A stretch of 64,000 bases of DNA from Acidimicrobiia bacterium. GTDB lineage: Bacteria > Actinomycetota > Acidimicrobiia > Spongiisociales > ZC4RG35. This document shows positions 21,137 to 30,540 of this stretch, piece by piece. The DNA lies in contig JBBDML010000028.1 of the NCBI GenBank assembly GCA_040878345.1, forward strand, positions 914-64,913. The letters are read 5' to 3'. The notes beneath the pieces were generated by a model. That model ran no database searches. It saw only the letters and a program-made list of their open reading frames with translations, and had not been told where the DNA came from. The position numbers were made by a program, and so were the translations under genes. Within the stretch, counting starts at the first letter, position 1, and each line of letters opens with the position of its first letter.

Positions 21137-22348
21137 ATGAGTTTCCGACCCCCCAAGGGCACCGACGACCTGCTCGCGCCTGATTCTCAGACGTGGAGGG
21201 AGGCCCAGGCCGCGTGGGATGACTGGTCGGCGCGCTACGGCTATCCCCTGGTGGCGACTCCGATCTTCGAGGCCACCGATCTGTTCGAGCGTGGTGTGGG
21301 GGAGACCACCGACGTGGTCACCAAGCAGATGTTCACCTTCACCGACCGTGGCGGCCGCTCGATGACCCTCCGCCCCGAGGGGACCGCCGGTGTCGTCAGG
21401 GCATATCTCAACTCCGGTCACCAGGGTTCATGGAAAGGGGCCTATTCGGGGCCGTTCTTCAGGTATGAGCAGCCCCAGGGCGGGAGGCGACGCCAGTTCT
21501 GGCAGGTCGGGGTGGAGTACCTCGACGTGGTGAAACCGGTGGCCGATGCCGAGGTGATCGAGCTCGGGTACCGGTACCTCTCGGCGGTGGGGGTCCCCGG
21601 TCTCGAGTTGCTGATCAACAGTCTGGGCGATGCCAACTGTCGCCCGGCCTTCGTCGACGCCCTGCGCCAATACCTCGGCCAAAACCGATCGGTGCTGAGC
21701 GATGACTCGCTGAGGCTCATCGAGGTCAATCCGCTCCGGGTCCTCGACTCCAAGCTCGACCGACCCTTGCTCGCCGATCCTCCCCGGATGGCGGACTTCC
21801 TCTGTGTCCCCTGCGCAGACCACCACCGGTCGGTCATGGCAATCCTCGAGGATCTCTCGGTCCCGTTCGCCGAAGACGACACCCTGGTCAGAGGTCTCGA
21901 CTACTACACCCGGACCACGTTCGAGTTCATCGGCCGGGGCCTGGACACGGCCCAGAACGCTGTGGGCGGTGGCGGCCGCTATGACGGACTCGCCGAGAGC
22001 CTCGGCGGCCCGCCGACACCGGGAGTCGGGTTCGCCCTGGGGCTCGACCGGATCATTCTCTCGGCCGGCGGCGAGCCGCCGGGCCATCTCGATGCCTTCC
22101 TGGTCTCCGCGACATCTCCCGAGGAGGCGATCGGGGTCGCCTCCCGCCTTCGGTCTCAGGGCATAAGAGTGGACTTCGACGGTGAGGGCCGGTCGGTCAA
22201 GGCCCAGTTCAGGATGGCGAATCGACTCGGCGCCCCGGTGATCCTGGTCTACCAGGGGCGGGGCCATCCCATCGACGCCCGGAGGGAGCAGGGTCGTGAT
22301 CAGGTCCCCCTGTCCGAGGTAGGGAACTGGTTGAGAGGGACGAGATGA
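21137..22348 (+). CDS. hisS: histidyl-tRNA synthetase
   Basis: The N-terminus is MSFRPPKGTDDLL. Class II motifs are present (FRYEQPQGGRRRQFWQ, GGGGRYDGL). Confidence 0.95.
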   Translation: MSFRPPKGTDDLLAPDSQTWREAQAAWDDWSARYGYPLVATPIFEATDLFERGVGETTDVVTKQMFTFTDRGGRSMTLRPEGTAGVVRAYLNSGHQGSWKGAYSGPFFRYEQPQGGRRRQFWQVGVEYLDVVKPVADAEVIELGYRYLSAVGVPGLELLINSLGDANCRPAFVDALRQYLGQNRSVLSDDSLRLIEVNPLRVLDSKLDRPLLADPPRMADFLCVPCADHHRSVMAILEDLSVPFAEDDTLVRGLDYYTRTTFEFIGRGLDTAQNAVGGGGRYDGLAESLGGPPTPGVGFALGLDRIILSAGGEPPGHLDAFLVSATSPEEAIGVASRLRSQGIRVDFDGEGRSVKAQFRMANRLGAPVILVYQGRGHPIDARREQGRDQVPLSEVGNWLRGTR

Positions 22349-24135
22349 TCCGGACCAACGGCGCCGGGAATATCGGGAAGCCCCACATCGGGTCGGTGGT
22401 GACGGTGGCAGGCTGGGTCCAGCGACGGCGGGATCACGGCGGGATCACGTTCCTAGACATTCGAGATGGCACCGGGCTGATCCAGGTGGTGGCCGACCCG
22501 GGACGGCTCCCGGTGGCGAGCGATCTCAAGATGGAGTACTGCGTTGCAGTCGAGGGCGAGGTCAGGGCCCGCCCCGAGGGCACCGAGAATCCGGAGATGC
22601 CCACCGGGAGGGTTGAGATCGGCGCCACCCGCATCGATGTGCTCTCGGCGGCTAAGACCACTCCCTTCCTCATCGACGACCGAACCGAGGTCGATGAGCA
22701 GGTCCGTCTCAAGTATCGGTACCTCGACCTGCGCCGGCCCCGGATGGCTGCCAACCTGCGGGCCCGCTCACGGGCCACTGCCGCCATCAGGAGGACGCTC
22801 GACGACTTGGGGTTCCTCGAGGTGGAGACGCCCACCCTGATCAACTCGACACCCGAGGGGGCCAGGGACATGCTGGTGCCCAGCCGGTTGCGCCCCGGTG
22901 AGTTCTACGCCCTGCCCCAATCTCCCCAGCTGTTCAAGCAGCTGCTGATGATCAGCGGGGTGGAGCGCTACTTCCAGATCGCCAGGTGTTACCGCGACGA
23001 GGACTTCCGGGCGGATCGTCAGCTCGAGTTCACCCAGCTCGATCTCGAAGGGTCCTTCTGGGAACGCGATGACGTCCTGTCCACGATCGAGCAGGTTCTG
23101 GCGGCGGTGGTGGGCGAACTCCGGGGTATCGAGGTCTCGCTCCCATTCCGCCGCCTGACCTGGCAGGAGTCGATGGAGCGATTCGGCACCGACAAGCCCG
23201 ATCTCCGCTTCGAGATGGAGATCGTCGACCTGACCGCGATGGCCGCGGGTTCGGGCTTTGGGGTGTTCAAAGATGCGGTGGCCGCCGGGGGAGTCGTCAG
23301 GGGAGTCAACGTCGGCCCCCAGGAATGGTCGCGGGCCCGGGCGGATGCGATGACCGAACGGGCCAAGGAGCTCGGGGCCAGGGGTCTGGTCTGGATGGTG
23401 GTCGAGGATGGCGGAGGGGTGAGGTCGCCGGCCGCCAAGTTCCTCGAGCCCTTCGATATCGACGAGATCGTCGGGCAATTGGAGGCCTCTCCCGGTGACG
23501 TCCTGCTCATCATCGGCGATCGTTGGCGAACCACGGTCGAAGCCCTGGGGGGTCTCAGGTTGGATCTGGGCCGCCCGGCGGGCCATGACCGGCTCGAGTT
23601 CGTCTGGGTGGTCGACTTCCCACTGTTCGAGGAGGAGGACGACGGCTCCTTGACGTTCTCACATCACCCCTTCACCTCTCCACAGTCGATCGAATCGCTG
23701 CGCGAGGACCCGAAGAGCGCCCTGGCCAAGGCGTATGACGTGGTGGTCAACGGTGTCGAGCTGGGGAGTGGCTCGATCCGCATCCACGACCCGACGGTGC
23801 AACGTCAGGTGTTCGAGATCCTGGGGATAGATGCCGAGACCGCGGAGCGCCGATTCGGGTGGTTCCTCGAAGCCCTCGAATACGGGACACCACCCCATGG
23901 TGGGTTTGCATTCGGCGTCGACCGGCTGGTGATGGTGCTCCAGAACGAGGCCTCGATCCGGGAAGTCATCCCGTTCCCCAAGACCCAGACCGGCACCGAC
24001 CCGATGACCGGTGCCCCGACCTGGGTGACGGACACCCAACTCGACGATCTGGGTATCGGGCTCGCGCGTGGGGCGATTGCCCGGCGGGACTCTGCCACGG
24101 GCGTCCCCTCGGGCGGACTGCCGTCGGAGGGTTGA
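22345..24135 (+). CDS. aspS: aspartyl-tRNA synthetase
   Basis: 596 aa with an OB-fold N-terminus, FQIARCYRDEDFRADRQ and GGFAFGVDRL. Confidence 0.96.
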   Translation: MIRTNGAGNIGKPHIGSVVTVAGWVQRRRDHGGITFLDIRDGTGLIQVVADPGRLPVASDLKMEYCVAVEGEVRARPEGTENPEMPTGRVEIGATRIDVLSAAKTTPFLIDDRTEVDEQVRLKYRYLDLRRPRMAANLRARSRATAAIRRTLDDLGFLEVETPTLINSTPEGARDMLVPSRLRPGEFYALPQSPQLFKQLLMISGVERYFQIARCYRDEDFRADRQLEFTQLDLEGSFWERDDVLSTIEQVLAAVVGELRGIEVSLPFRRLTWQESMERFGTDKPDLRFEMEIVDLTAMAAGSGFGVFKDAVAAGGVVRGVNVGPQEWSRARADAMTERAKELGARGLVWMVVEDGGGVRSPAAKFLEPFDIDEIVGQLEASPGDVLLIIGDRWRTTVEALGGLRLDLGRPAGHDRLEFVWVVDFPLFEEEDDGSLTFSHHPFTSPQSIESLREDPKSALAKAYDVVVNGVELGSGSIRIHDPTVQRQVFEILGIDAETAERRFGWFLEALEYGTPPHGGFAFGVDRLVMVLQNEASIREVIPFPKTQTGTDPMTGAPTWVTDTQLDDLGIGLARGAIARRDSATGVPSGGLPSEG

Positions 24136-24137
24136 CG

Positions 24138-24323
24138 GTGGGTGCACCCGGCATCGGAAAGTCGGTTGGCGAAGCGCACCTCGATCGGGCTCGGTTGGTG
24201 AAGGACGGCCGGTATCTGTACATCGACCCGGAGCGCCGTGTGGTGATCGTCCGTCAGGGAGGGTCGACCGGCGACTTCTCTTGGGTCGAGCTCTGCGAGC
24301 AGGTGGCCGCCTCCGTAGGCTGA
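24138..24323 (+). CDS. small hypothetical ORF (61 aa), possibly a remnant of a larger gene
   Basis: GTG start 5 nt after a GGAGGG box and 2 nt after the aspS stop. About 77 % G/C at third positions by my count. The sequence is VGAPGIGKSVGEAHLDRARLVKDGRYLYIDPERRVVIVRQGGSTGDFSWVELCEQVAASVG. The YIDPERRVVIV segment is reminiscent of C-termini of beta-lactamase-family serine hydrolases, but this is a weak impression. Confidence 0.3.
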   Translation: MGAPGIGKSVGEAHLDRARLVKDGRYLYIDPERRVVIVRQGGSTGDFSWVELCEQVAASVG

Positions 24324-24343
24324 CCAGGGTCGCCGGGCAGTTG

Positions 24344-24364
24344 GGCGAGGTCTCGTTAACCTCG
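24344..24364 (+). other. 7-bp stem hairpin GCGAGGT-CTCGTTA-ACCTCGC upstream of alaS
   Basis: Read directly from the sequence. It lies 18 nt before the alaS ATG and has no U-tract. Confidence 0.3.
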
Positions 24365-24381
24365 CATCACCAGCCCACAAC

Positions 24382-27015
24382 ATGCATCTCATGGACAGCA
24401 ACCAGATCCGCAAGGCGTTTGTCGAATTCTTCGTCGAGCGCGGCCACGAGCTCCGGCCCTCGGCCTCGCTGATCCCCGTCGACCCCACTCTCTTGCTGAC
24501 CAATGCCGGGATGGTCCAGTTCAAGCCTTACTTTCTCGGTCAGGAGCCGGCACCCTGGCCCCGGGCTGTCTCGATCCAGAAGTGTGTCAGGACCATCGAT
24601 ATCGACATCATCGGGACCACCAAACGGCATCTCTCCTTCTTCGAGATGCTGGGGAACTTCAGCTTCGGCGACTACTTCAAAGAGACCGCCATCCCCTATG
24701 GCTACCAGTTCTGCACGGAGGTCCTGGGCCTCGACCCGGAGCGGATGTGGTACACGGTCCACGAGACCGACGACGAGGCCGCCGAGATCTGGGTCGATTC
24801 GGTTGGTGTCCCGCCGGAGCGAGTCCAGAGGGGTGGCAAGGACAACTTCTGGCAGATGGGGGTCCCCGGCCCGTGCGGACCGAGCTCCGAGATCTTCTGG
24901 GATCGCGGCCCGGACTTCGGCCCCGAAGGCGGCCCCATCGGGGGCGGTGAGGACCGATTCGTCGAGATATGGAACCTGGTCTTCATGCAGAACATCCAGG
25001 ATGAGCCATATCATGTCGTCGGCGACCTCCCCGCCAAGAGCATCGACACCGGGATGGGACTCGACCGGGTCGCCACCGTGATGCAGGCGGTCGACTCGGT
25101 GTTCGACATCGACACCACCCGCCACGTCCTCCACGCCGCCGAGCGTCAGACCGGGCTCCACTACGGAAACTCAGCCCAGAGCGACGTGTCGCTTCGGATC
25201 CTCGCCGACCACGGCCGCACCGTCACCTTCCTCATTGGCGACGGGGTGGTTCCCTCCAACGACGGTCGGGGCCACGTCCTCCGCCGGGTGCTGCGGAGGG
25301 CAGTCCGACATGCATGGCAACACGGTGGTGAGGGGCTGGTGGTCCCCTCCTTGGTCGAGGCGACCATCGAGGTGATGGGTGACTCATACCCGACCCTGGT
25401 GGAGAAGTCCTCGTTCATCCTCGACGTGGCGACCCGTGAAGAGGAGCGTTTTCGCCGGACCCTGGAGTCGGGGCATCAGCTCCTCGACACCGAGCTCGGC
25501 GAGAGCGGTGCGGTGCTCAGCGGGTCCACGGCCTTCAAGCTCCATGACACCTACGGCTTCCCCATCGAGCTCACCAGTGAGATCGCCGCCGAGCGCGGCG
25601 TCGAGGTCGACGTCGAGCAATTCGAGGCCGAGATGTCGGTACAGCGCGAGCGAGCTCGAGCGGCATGGAAGGGCATCGACTCCGCCGAGGCCGAAGTGGC
25701 CTACCGGGACATCCTCGAGACCCACGGGTTGTCCCGTTTCCTCGGGTACGACCTGGAGAGATCCGAAGGGACCATCCTGGCGATGCTCCTCGACGGCGAT
25801 CCGGTGACTCAGGCGGGGGACGGCCAACTCGTCGAGGTCTTCCTCGATCGCACCCCTTTCTACGGCGAGTCCGGTGGCCAGGTGGGGGACATCGGGGCCA
25901 TCGAGAGTGAAACCGGGCTCCTGCTAGTCCTGGACACCAAACACGCGGTGCAGGGGCTCCATGGCCACCGCGGGCGGGTGGAGCGGGGCTCCCTGGTGGT
26001 CGGCCAACAGGTGACCGCTGTCATCGACGGCATCCGAAGGGAGGCGATCAGAAAGAGCCATACCGGAACCCATGTCCTCCATTGGGCCTTGCGCGACGTC
26101 TTGGGCGACCACGCCGGACAGGCGGGCTCGCTGGTCGAGGCTGGGCGGCTCAGGTTCGATTTCTCACATTTCGGCCAGGTCCCCCAGCAGGAGCTGGCCC
26201 TGATCGAAGCCGAGGCCAACCGAAGGCTCATCGCCAATCATCAGGTGACCACGGTGGTGACGTCCAAGGAGGAGGCTCAGGCGATGGGTGCCATCGCCTT
26301 CTTCGGCGACAAGTACGGCGAGACGGTTCGGGTGGTCAGAGTCGGTGACTTCTCCACAGAGTTCTGCGGTGGGACCCACACCTCGACTTCGGCGCAAGTG
26401 GGACCGCTGATCATCCTCTCCGAGTCGTCGATCGGGTCCAACCTACGCCGGGTCGAGGCTCTCACCGGCGTCAGCGCCTACGACCATCTGGTTGATCTTC
26501 GGGAGACCCTCTACGACGCTGGTCGCCTGCTCAGGACCGGCAACCCCTCCGAGGTGCCGGCTCGTCTCGAACAGCTTTTGGAGCGTGTCGAGGGGCTCGA
26601 GGCAGAGTTGGATGCCATCAGGAACCAGCGACGTGGCTCGATGGCCGCAGAATTGGCAGAAGGCGCCATCAAGGTAGGAGAGGTGTCCTTGTTGATCTCC
26701 TCCGCTGGCGAGGTCGACCCCGATGGCCTCCGTCAGATAGCCCTGGGCGCTCGTGACCGACTCCAGGGCCCGGCGGTGGTGGTGATCGGGTCCATGGCAG
26801 ACGGCAAGGGGGCCATGGTTGCCGCGATCACGCCCGACCTGGTGGCGCGTGGTGTGTCGGCGGGAGACTTGATCGCAGGCGCGGCCGCCGAGCTGGGCGG
26901 GGGTGGATCCCGTGATCCAGAGCTGGCACAGGCGGGCGGGCCCAACGGGTCACGTTTGGGTGAGGCGCTGGAGCTGGCCCGGGAGCAGGCGGAGGAGGCG
27001 CTCTCAGCCCTGTGA
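24382..27015 (+). CDS. alaS: alanyl-tRNA synthetase
   Basis: 877 aa with the N-terminus IRKAFVEFFVERGHE, the editing-domain motif HTGTHVLH and a C-terminal DHHA1-like region. The start may be the second ATG at 24391. Confidence 0.97.
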   Translation: MHLMDSNQIRKAFVEFFVERGHELRPSASLIPVDPTLLLTNAGMVQFKPYFLGQEPAPWPRAVSIQKCVRTIDIDIIGTTKRHLSFFEMLGNFSFGDYFKETAIPYGYQFCTEVLGLDPERMWYTVHETDDEAAEIWVDSVGVPPERVQRGGKDNFWQMGVPGPCGPSSEIFWDRGPDFGPEGGPIGGGEDRFVEIWNLVFMQNIQDEPYHVVGDLPAKSIDTGMGLDRVATVMQAVDSVFDIDTTRHVLHAAERQTGLHYGNSAQSDVSLRILADHGRTVTFLIGDGVVPSNDGRGHVLRRVLRRAVRHAWQHGGEGLVVPSLVEATIEVMGDSYPTLVEKSSFILDVATREEERFRRTLESGHQLLDTELGESGAVLSGSTAFKLHDTYGFPIELTSEIAAERGVEVDVEQFEAEMSVQRERARAAWKGIDSAEAEVAYRDILETHGLSRFLGYDLERSEGTILAMLLDGDPVTQAGDGQLVEVFLDRTPFYGESGGQVGDIGAIESETGLLLVLDTKHAVQGLHGHRGRVERGSLVVGQQVTAVIDGIRREAIRKSHTGTHVLHWALRDVLGDHAGQAGSLVEAGRLRFDFSHFGQVPQQELALIEAEANRRLIANHQVTTVVTSKEEAQAMGAIAFFGDKYGETVRVVRVGDFSTEFCGGTHTSTSAQVGPLIILSESSIGSNLRRVEALTGVSAYDHLVDLRETLYDAGRLLRTGNPSEVPARLEQLLERVEGLEAELDAIRNQRRGSMAAELAEGAIKVGEVSLLISSAGEVDPDGLRQIALGARDRLQGPAVVVIGSMADGKGAMVAAITPDLVARGVSAGDLIAGAAAELGGGGSRDPELAQAGGPNGSRLGEALELAREQAEEALSAL

Positions 27016-27452
27016 GACGCGTGATCGGCGTCGACTACGGGCGCAAACGGGTCGGTTTGGCCATGTCCGACCCTCTGGGGATGACCGCCCGACCACTGGA
27101 AGTCGTGCCCCGCTCGCTGGCGGTCGACCGGGTCGCCCAACTCGCCGAAGAGCATGAGGTGGACACCATCGTGGTCGGGTTGCCCCGACCGCTTGGCGGC
27201 GGCGACTCCGATTCTGCGCGATTGGCCCGGGAGCTCGGAGATCAGATCCAATCGGCGACCGGTGTGGAGGTGGTGTTCGTCGACGAGCGCTACACATCGA
27301 AAATTGCCGAAGAATCACTACTCGAAGCGGGCGTGAGGCGCCGGTCCAGGCGCATCACCGTCGACAAGGTGGCAGCGGCGATCATCCTCCAGGGATACCT
27401 CGACGGGAACTCGCGCCGGAGCGGAGACGTCAAAGGCACTGGTGCCCGATGA
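27012..27452 (+). CDS. ruvX: YqgF/RuvX putative pre-16S rRNA nuclease
   Basis: MRRVIGVDYGRKRVGLA and DERYTS motifs. The start overlaps the alaS stop as GTGA. Confidence 0.92.
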   Translation: MRRVIGVDYGRKRVGLAMSDPLGMTARPLEVVPRSLAVDRVAQLAEEHEVDTIVVGLPRPLGGGDSDSARLARELGDQIQSATGVEVVFVDERYTSKIAEESLLEAGVRRRSRRITVDKVAAAIILQGYLDGNSRRSGDVKGTGAR

Positions 27453-28549
27453 CACTTGAGCCCACCCCCGACCAGGCTGCTTGGTCGCGCGCCGCAAAGG
27501 TTGCGGGCGCGATTGGCATGGTGATCCTCGCTGCAGTGGTGGTTGTGGGTGGCGCCTCGTACCTGGGGCGGATGGTTGGTGGTGCCTTGGGCCCCGAACA
27601 GGTGGGGAGCATCCCGGTGGATGTCGAGCCTGGCCAACCGGTCACCATCGAGGTACCGGTCGGCTCCTCTGGCCAGGACATTGGTGCGATTCTCGCCGCC
27701 AACGGGGTGGTGAGGTCGGCGCTCGAGTTCGAAGTGGCGGTCCGCAACGTGGACGCAGCCGAGAGGCTCAAGGCCGGCACCTATGACTTCCTGACCGTGA
27801 TGGACCCTGCGGAGGTGGTGGCGATGTTGGTCGCCGGGCCGGCACCTTCGGTTTACCGGGTCACCATCATCGAAGGTCTCCGGGTGGAGGAGATCCTGGT
27901 GGCCCTGGCAGAGAAAACCCCGCACGATTACGACGCCTACGCCTCTGCTCTCCTCGGTGGAGAGGTCTCCACCTCGATCCGTGACATGCCCCAAGACCCC
28001 ACGCTCGCCGACTGGGAGGGGCTCCTCTTCCCCGACACCTATGAATTCTCGAGGAGTGCCGGGCCCATCGCCATCCTCCAGAGGATGGCTTCGACCATGG
28101 AACAGCGGGTGGACAGCATCGACTGGGAGGCCTGGGAGGCCCTCGGTCACACCAGGTACCAGGGGATAGTTCTGGCATCACTCATCGAGAGCGAGGTCCG
28201 CGTCGACACCGAGCGTGTCATCGTGTCCAGCGTGATCCACAACCGCTTGGCGGCCGGGATGCGACTCGAGCTCGACGCCACCGTCCTCTATGCCCTGGGC
28301 ACCAGGGACATCGCCGAATTCGACCGGGAGTTCGACTCGCCTTACAACACATACGTGGCGGATGGGCTGCCACCGACCCCGATCTCGGCGCCGGGGCGCT
28401 CTTCGCTGGAGGCCTCCGCCGCCCCAGCAGCCACGCCATATTTGTTCTATGTCCTGGCCGATCTCGAGGGGAACCACGTCTTTGCCGAGACCATCGAGGA
28501 GCACCAGGCCAATGTCGCCAGGGCGCGTGAGGACGGGGTCTTGCCCTGA
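27449..28549 (+). CDS. mltG: endolytic murein transglycosylase MltG (YceG-like)
   Basis: An N-terminal TM helix and YceG motifs (ASLIESE, YNTYVADGLPPTPISAPG). Confidence 0.9.
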   Translation: MTLEPTPDQAAWSRAAKVAGAIGMVILAAVVVVGGASYLGRMVGGALGPEQVGSIPVDVEPGQPVTIEVPVGSSGQDIGAILAANGVVRSALEFEVAVRNVDAAERLKAGTYDFLTVMDPAEVVAMLVAGPAPSVYRVTIIEGLRVEEILVALAEKTPHDYDAYASALLGGEVSTSIRDMPQDPTLADWEGLLFPDTYEFSRSAGPIAILQRMASTMEQRVDSIDWEAWEALGHTRYQGIVLASLIESEVRVDTERVIVSSVIHNRLAAGMRLELDATVLYALGTRDIAEFDREFDSPYNTYVADGLPPTPISAPGRSSLEASAAPAATPYLFYVLADLEGNHVFAETIEEHQANVARAREDGVLP

Positions 28550-28571
28550 GCCTCCTGGCACACTGGGCCCC

Positions 28572-29348
28572 ATGGCTCCGGTGTGGCGATTCGCGTTGGT
28601 TGGAGACCCTGTTGAGCACTCGCTTTCGCCCCTGATCCAGAATGCCGCCCTGGAGGTGGCCGGGTTGGTGGGTGAGTACCGGGCCATCCGCGCCGACTAT
28701 GCCATCCTCGACGAGGTCATCAGGGATCTGCATGAGGGTGGGTTGGACGGCGCGAATGTCACCATGCCCCTCAAACCGGCCGCCCTCGAGAGATGCGACC
28801 GACTGACCGCCGAGGCCCAGAAAGCCGGATCGGTCAACAGCCTCCGGGTCAGGGATGGCGTTCTCGAGGGGCACTCGACCGACGTGGTTGCCTTCGACAC
28901 CTCTTACGCGCTGCTTGGCGACGCCCCGGCTCTCCTGGTGCTGGGTTGGGGAGGTGCGGCGAAGGCGGCGGTTGCGGCATGGCCGGGCGACGAGGCCCAT
29001 GTGTCAGCCCGCGACACGGCAAAGCTGGCCGGTGCGGGGGTCCCAGGCAAGATCGTCAAACAAGTTCGCTGGAGCGAAGGGATCCCGGGGGCACTGGTGG
29101 TCAATGCCACACCGCTGGGAATGCATGGCGAGACCCTTCCCCACGGGGTCCGCACCGGGGCGGCGGCGCTGATCGACCTTCCTTATGCAACGGCACCGAC
29201 ACCGGCGGTGATCGCGGCCAACGACGCTGGGATTCCGGTGTTGGATGGCATCGCATTCCTGGCGTCACAAGCGACCGCCTCCTTCGAGTGGTGGACCGGG
29301 GTTGCCGTAGACTCGGGGTACCTCGAGTCCGTGGCCAGAAACGCCTAA
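28572..29348 (+). CDS. aroE: shikimate dehydrogenase
   Basis: FALVGDPVEHSLSPLIQNAAL, NVTMPLK and HSTD motifs. I trimmed the track ORF (28290) to the in-frame ATG at 28572. Confidence 0.9.
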   Translation: MAPVWRFALVGDPVEHSLSPLIQNAALEVAGLVGEYRAIRADYAILDEVIRDLHEGGLDGANVTMPLKPAALERCDRLTAEAQKAGSVNSLRVRDGVLEGHSTDVVAFDTSYALLGDAPALLVLGWGGAAKAAVAAWPGDEAHVSARDTAKLAGAGVPGKIVKQVRWSEGIPGALVVNATPLGMHGETLPHGVRTGAAALIDLPYATAPTPAVIAANDAGIPVLDGIAFLASQATASFEWWTGVAVDSGYLESVARNA

Positions 29349-29402
29349 AGCGCCCGAGGCATTAGGCCGAAATGGATGCGAGGCTTAACACAAGGAGCTG
29401 AA

Positions 29403-30503
29403 GTGTCTCTTTCCGGGAATCTGGGATTCGTCTCGCTCGACGAAGTTCTCCGTCTGCTGACCCGTTCCAAGCAGCGTGGGGCTGTCGACGTGCGTGGCGA
29501 GAAGGTACGTGGGCGTGTCTTCGTCGATCGTGGCGGTGTGTCGCTCGCCACCACCTTCACCGACGAGAGCCTTTATCGTCATCTCATCAAGTCCGGGCTG
29601 ATCGACAGTGCCAAGCTGGGCACCATCTCAACCGGTGGAGCCGATCTGAGCTCGATAACCGATCAGGACGGCGGCGCACTGTCGGCGCTCCTTCGGGAGA
29701 TGTCGGTCGAGAGCATCTATCAGCTCGGTCTCCAGGGTGAGACCTTCGAGGTCGTGGAGAGCGAGACCTCTCCTTACGCCAATCCCAAGCCCTTCGAGCT
29801 CGAGGACCTGATCGCCGACTCCAAGCAGCGTTTCACCGACTGGGTCGAGGTCAAGGCAATCATCTCCGACCTCGACCGCAATCTCGAGTTCCGTCACGAG
29901 CTAGGGGATCGCGACCAGGTGACCATCGCCAAGGACGCCTGGCGCCTGCTCAGCGAGGTCGGCCGGGGGAGCAGCGTTCGCGCTCTTGCCGACGAGTTGG
30001 GCACTACCGAGTTCTGGACCGCCCGTATCGCAGCCGGGCTCGTCGAGGACGAGCTTCTCGCCATGGAGACGGTCGAGGCCACCCCGACACATGTCAGAGA
30101 GCCCGTGGCCAGTTTCGAGACCGCACCTATCGAGTACGCCGAGCCTGTTTCCGGCGCCAATGGGTCAACAGAGCCCCTCGAGTCGGAGGTCCATGTGGAT
30201 CCCAACCAGTCATGGTGGAGGGAGCCGGTGGCCGGCGAGACCAGTGATGAGGTCGAGCCCGACGCCGACCAGGCGATCGCGGCCGCGATAGAGGGTGACC
30301 AGGCATGGGGTGAGAGTCAGCCTGCGGTGGAGTCCCCGGTCGAGACCCGGGACACCACCGGCCACGCCGAGGTCGAGGAGGACACTGAGGCCTTCCTGGA
30401 GAAGGTGTTCTCGGACATGGAGCCCGCCGAAGAGCCGGACGAGGGTTACGGCTTGCTCCGTCGCCGGCGCATGGGCACCCTTCGCGATCTCTCCAACGAA
30501 TAG
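29403..30503 (+). CDS. DUF4388/PATAN-like domain protein with a long acidic C-terminal region
   Basis: GTG 29403 lies 5 nt after AAGGAG. The N-terminus (M)SLSGNLGFVSLDEVLRLL fits the DUF4388 start pattern as I remember it (M-x-L-x-G-x-L-x-x-f-x-L-x-D/E-[VI]-L-x-L-L). The middle has an HTH-like stretch (SVRALADELGTTEFWTARIAAGLVEDELL). The C-terminal 130 aa or so are rich in E, D and P. Confidence 0.65.
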   Translation: MSLSGNLGFVSLDEVLRLLTRSKQRGAVDVRGEKVRGRVFVDRGGVSLATTFTDESLYRHLIKSGLIDSAKLGTISTGGADLSSITDQDGGALSALLREMSVESIYQLGLQGETFEVVESETSPYANPKPFELEDLIADSKQRFTDWVEVKAIISDLDRNLEFRHELGDRDQVTIAKDAWRLLSEVGRGSSVRALADELGTTEFWTARIAAGLVEDELLAMETVEATPTHVREPVASFETAPIEYAEPVSGANGSTEPLESEVHVDPNQSWWREPVAGETSDEVEPDADQAIAAAIEGDQAWGESQPAVESPVETRDTTGHAEVEEDTEAFLEKVFSDMEPAEEPDEGYGLLRRRRMGTLRDLSNE

Positions 30504-30540
30504 CCGCCCACCCCATCTCTCCCACTAGGTTGCCCCAGCG

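Noticed and set aside
29343-29366. GCCTAA...TTAGGC 6-bp inverted repeat spanning the aroE stop codon, a possible terminator.
   Set aside because: The stem is short and AT-containing, the loop is 12 nt and there is no U-tract. It is too weak to call.
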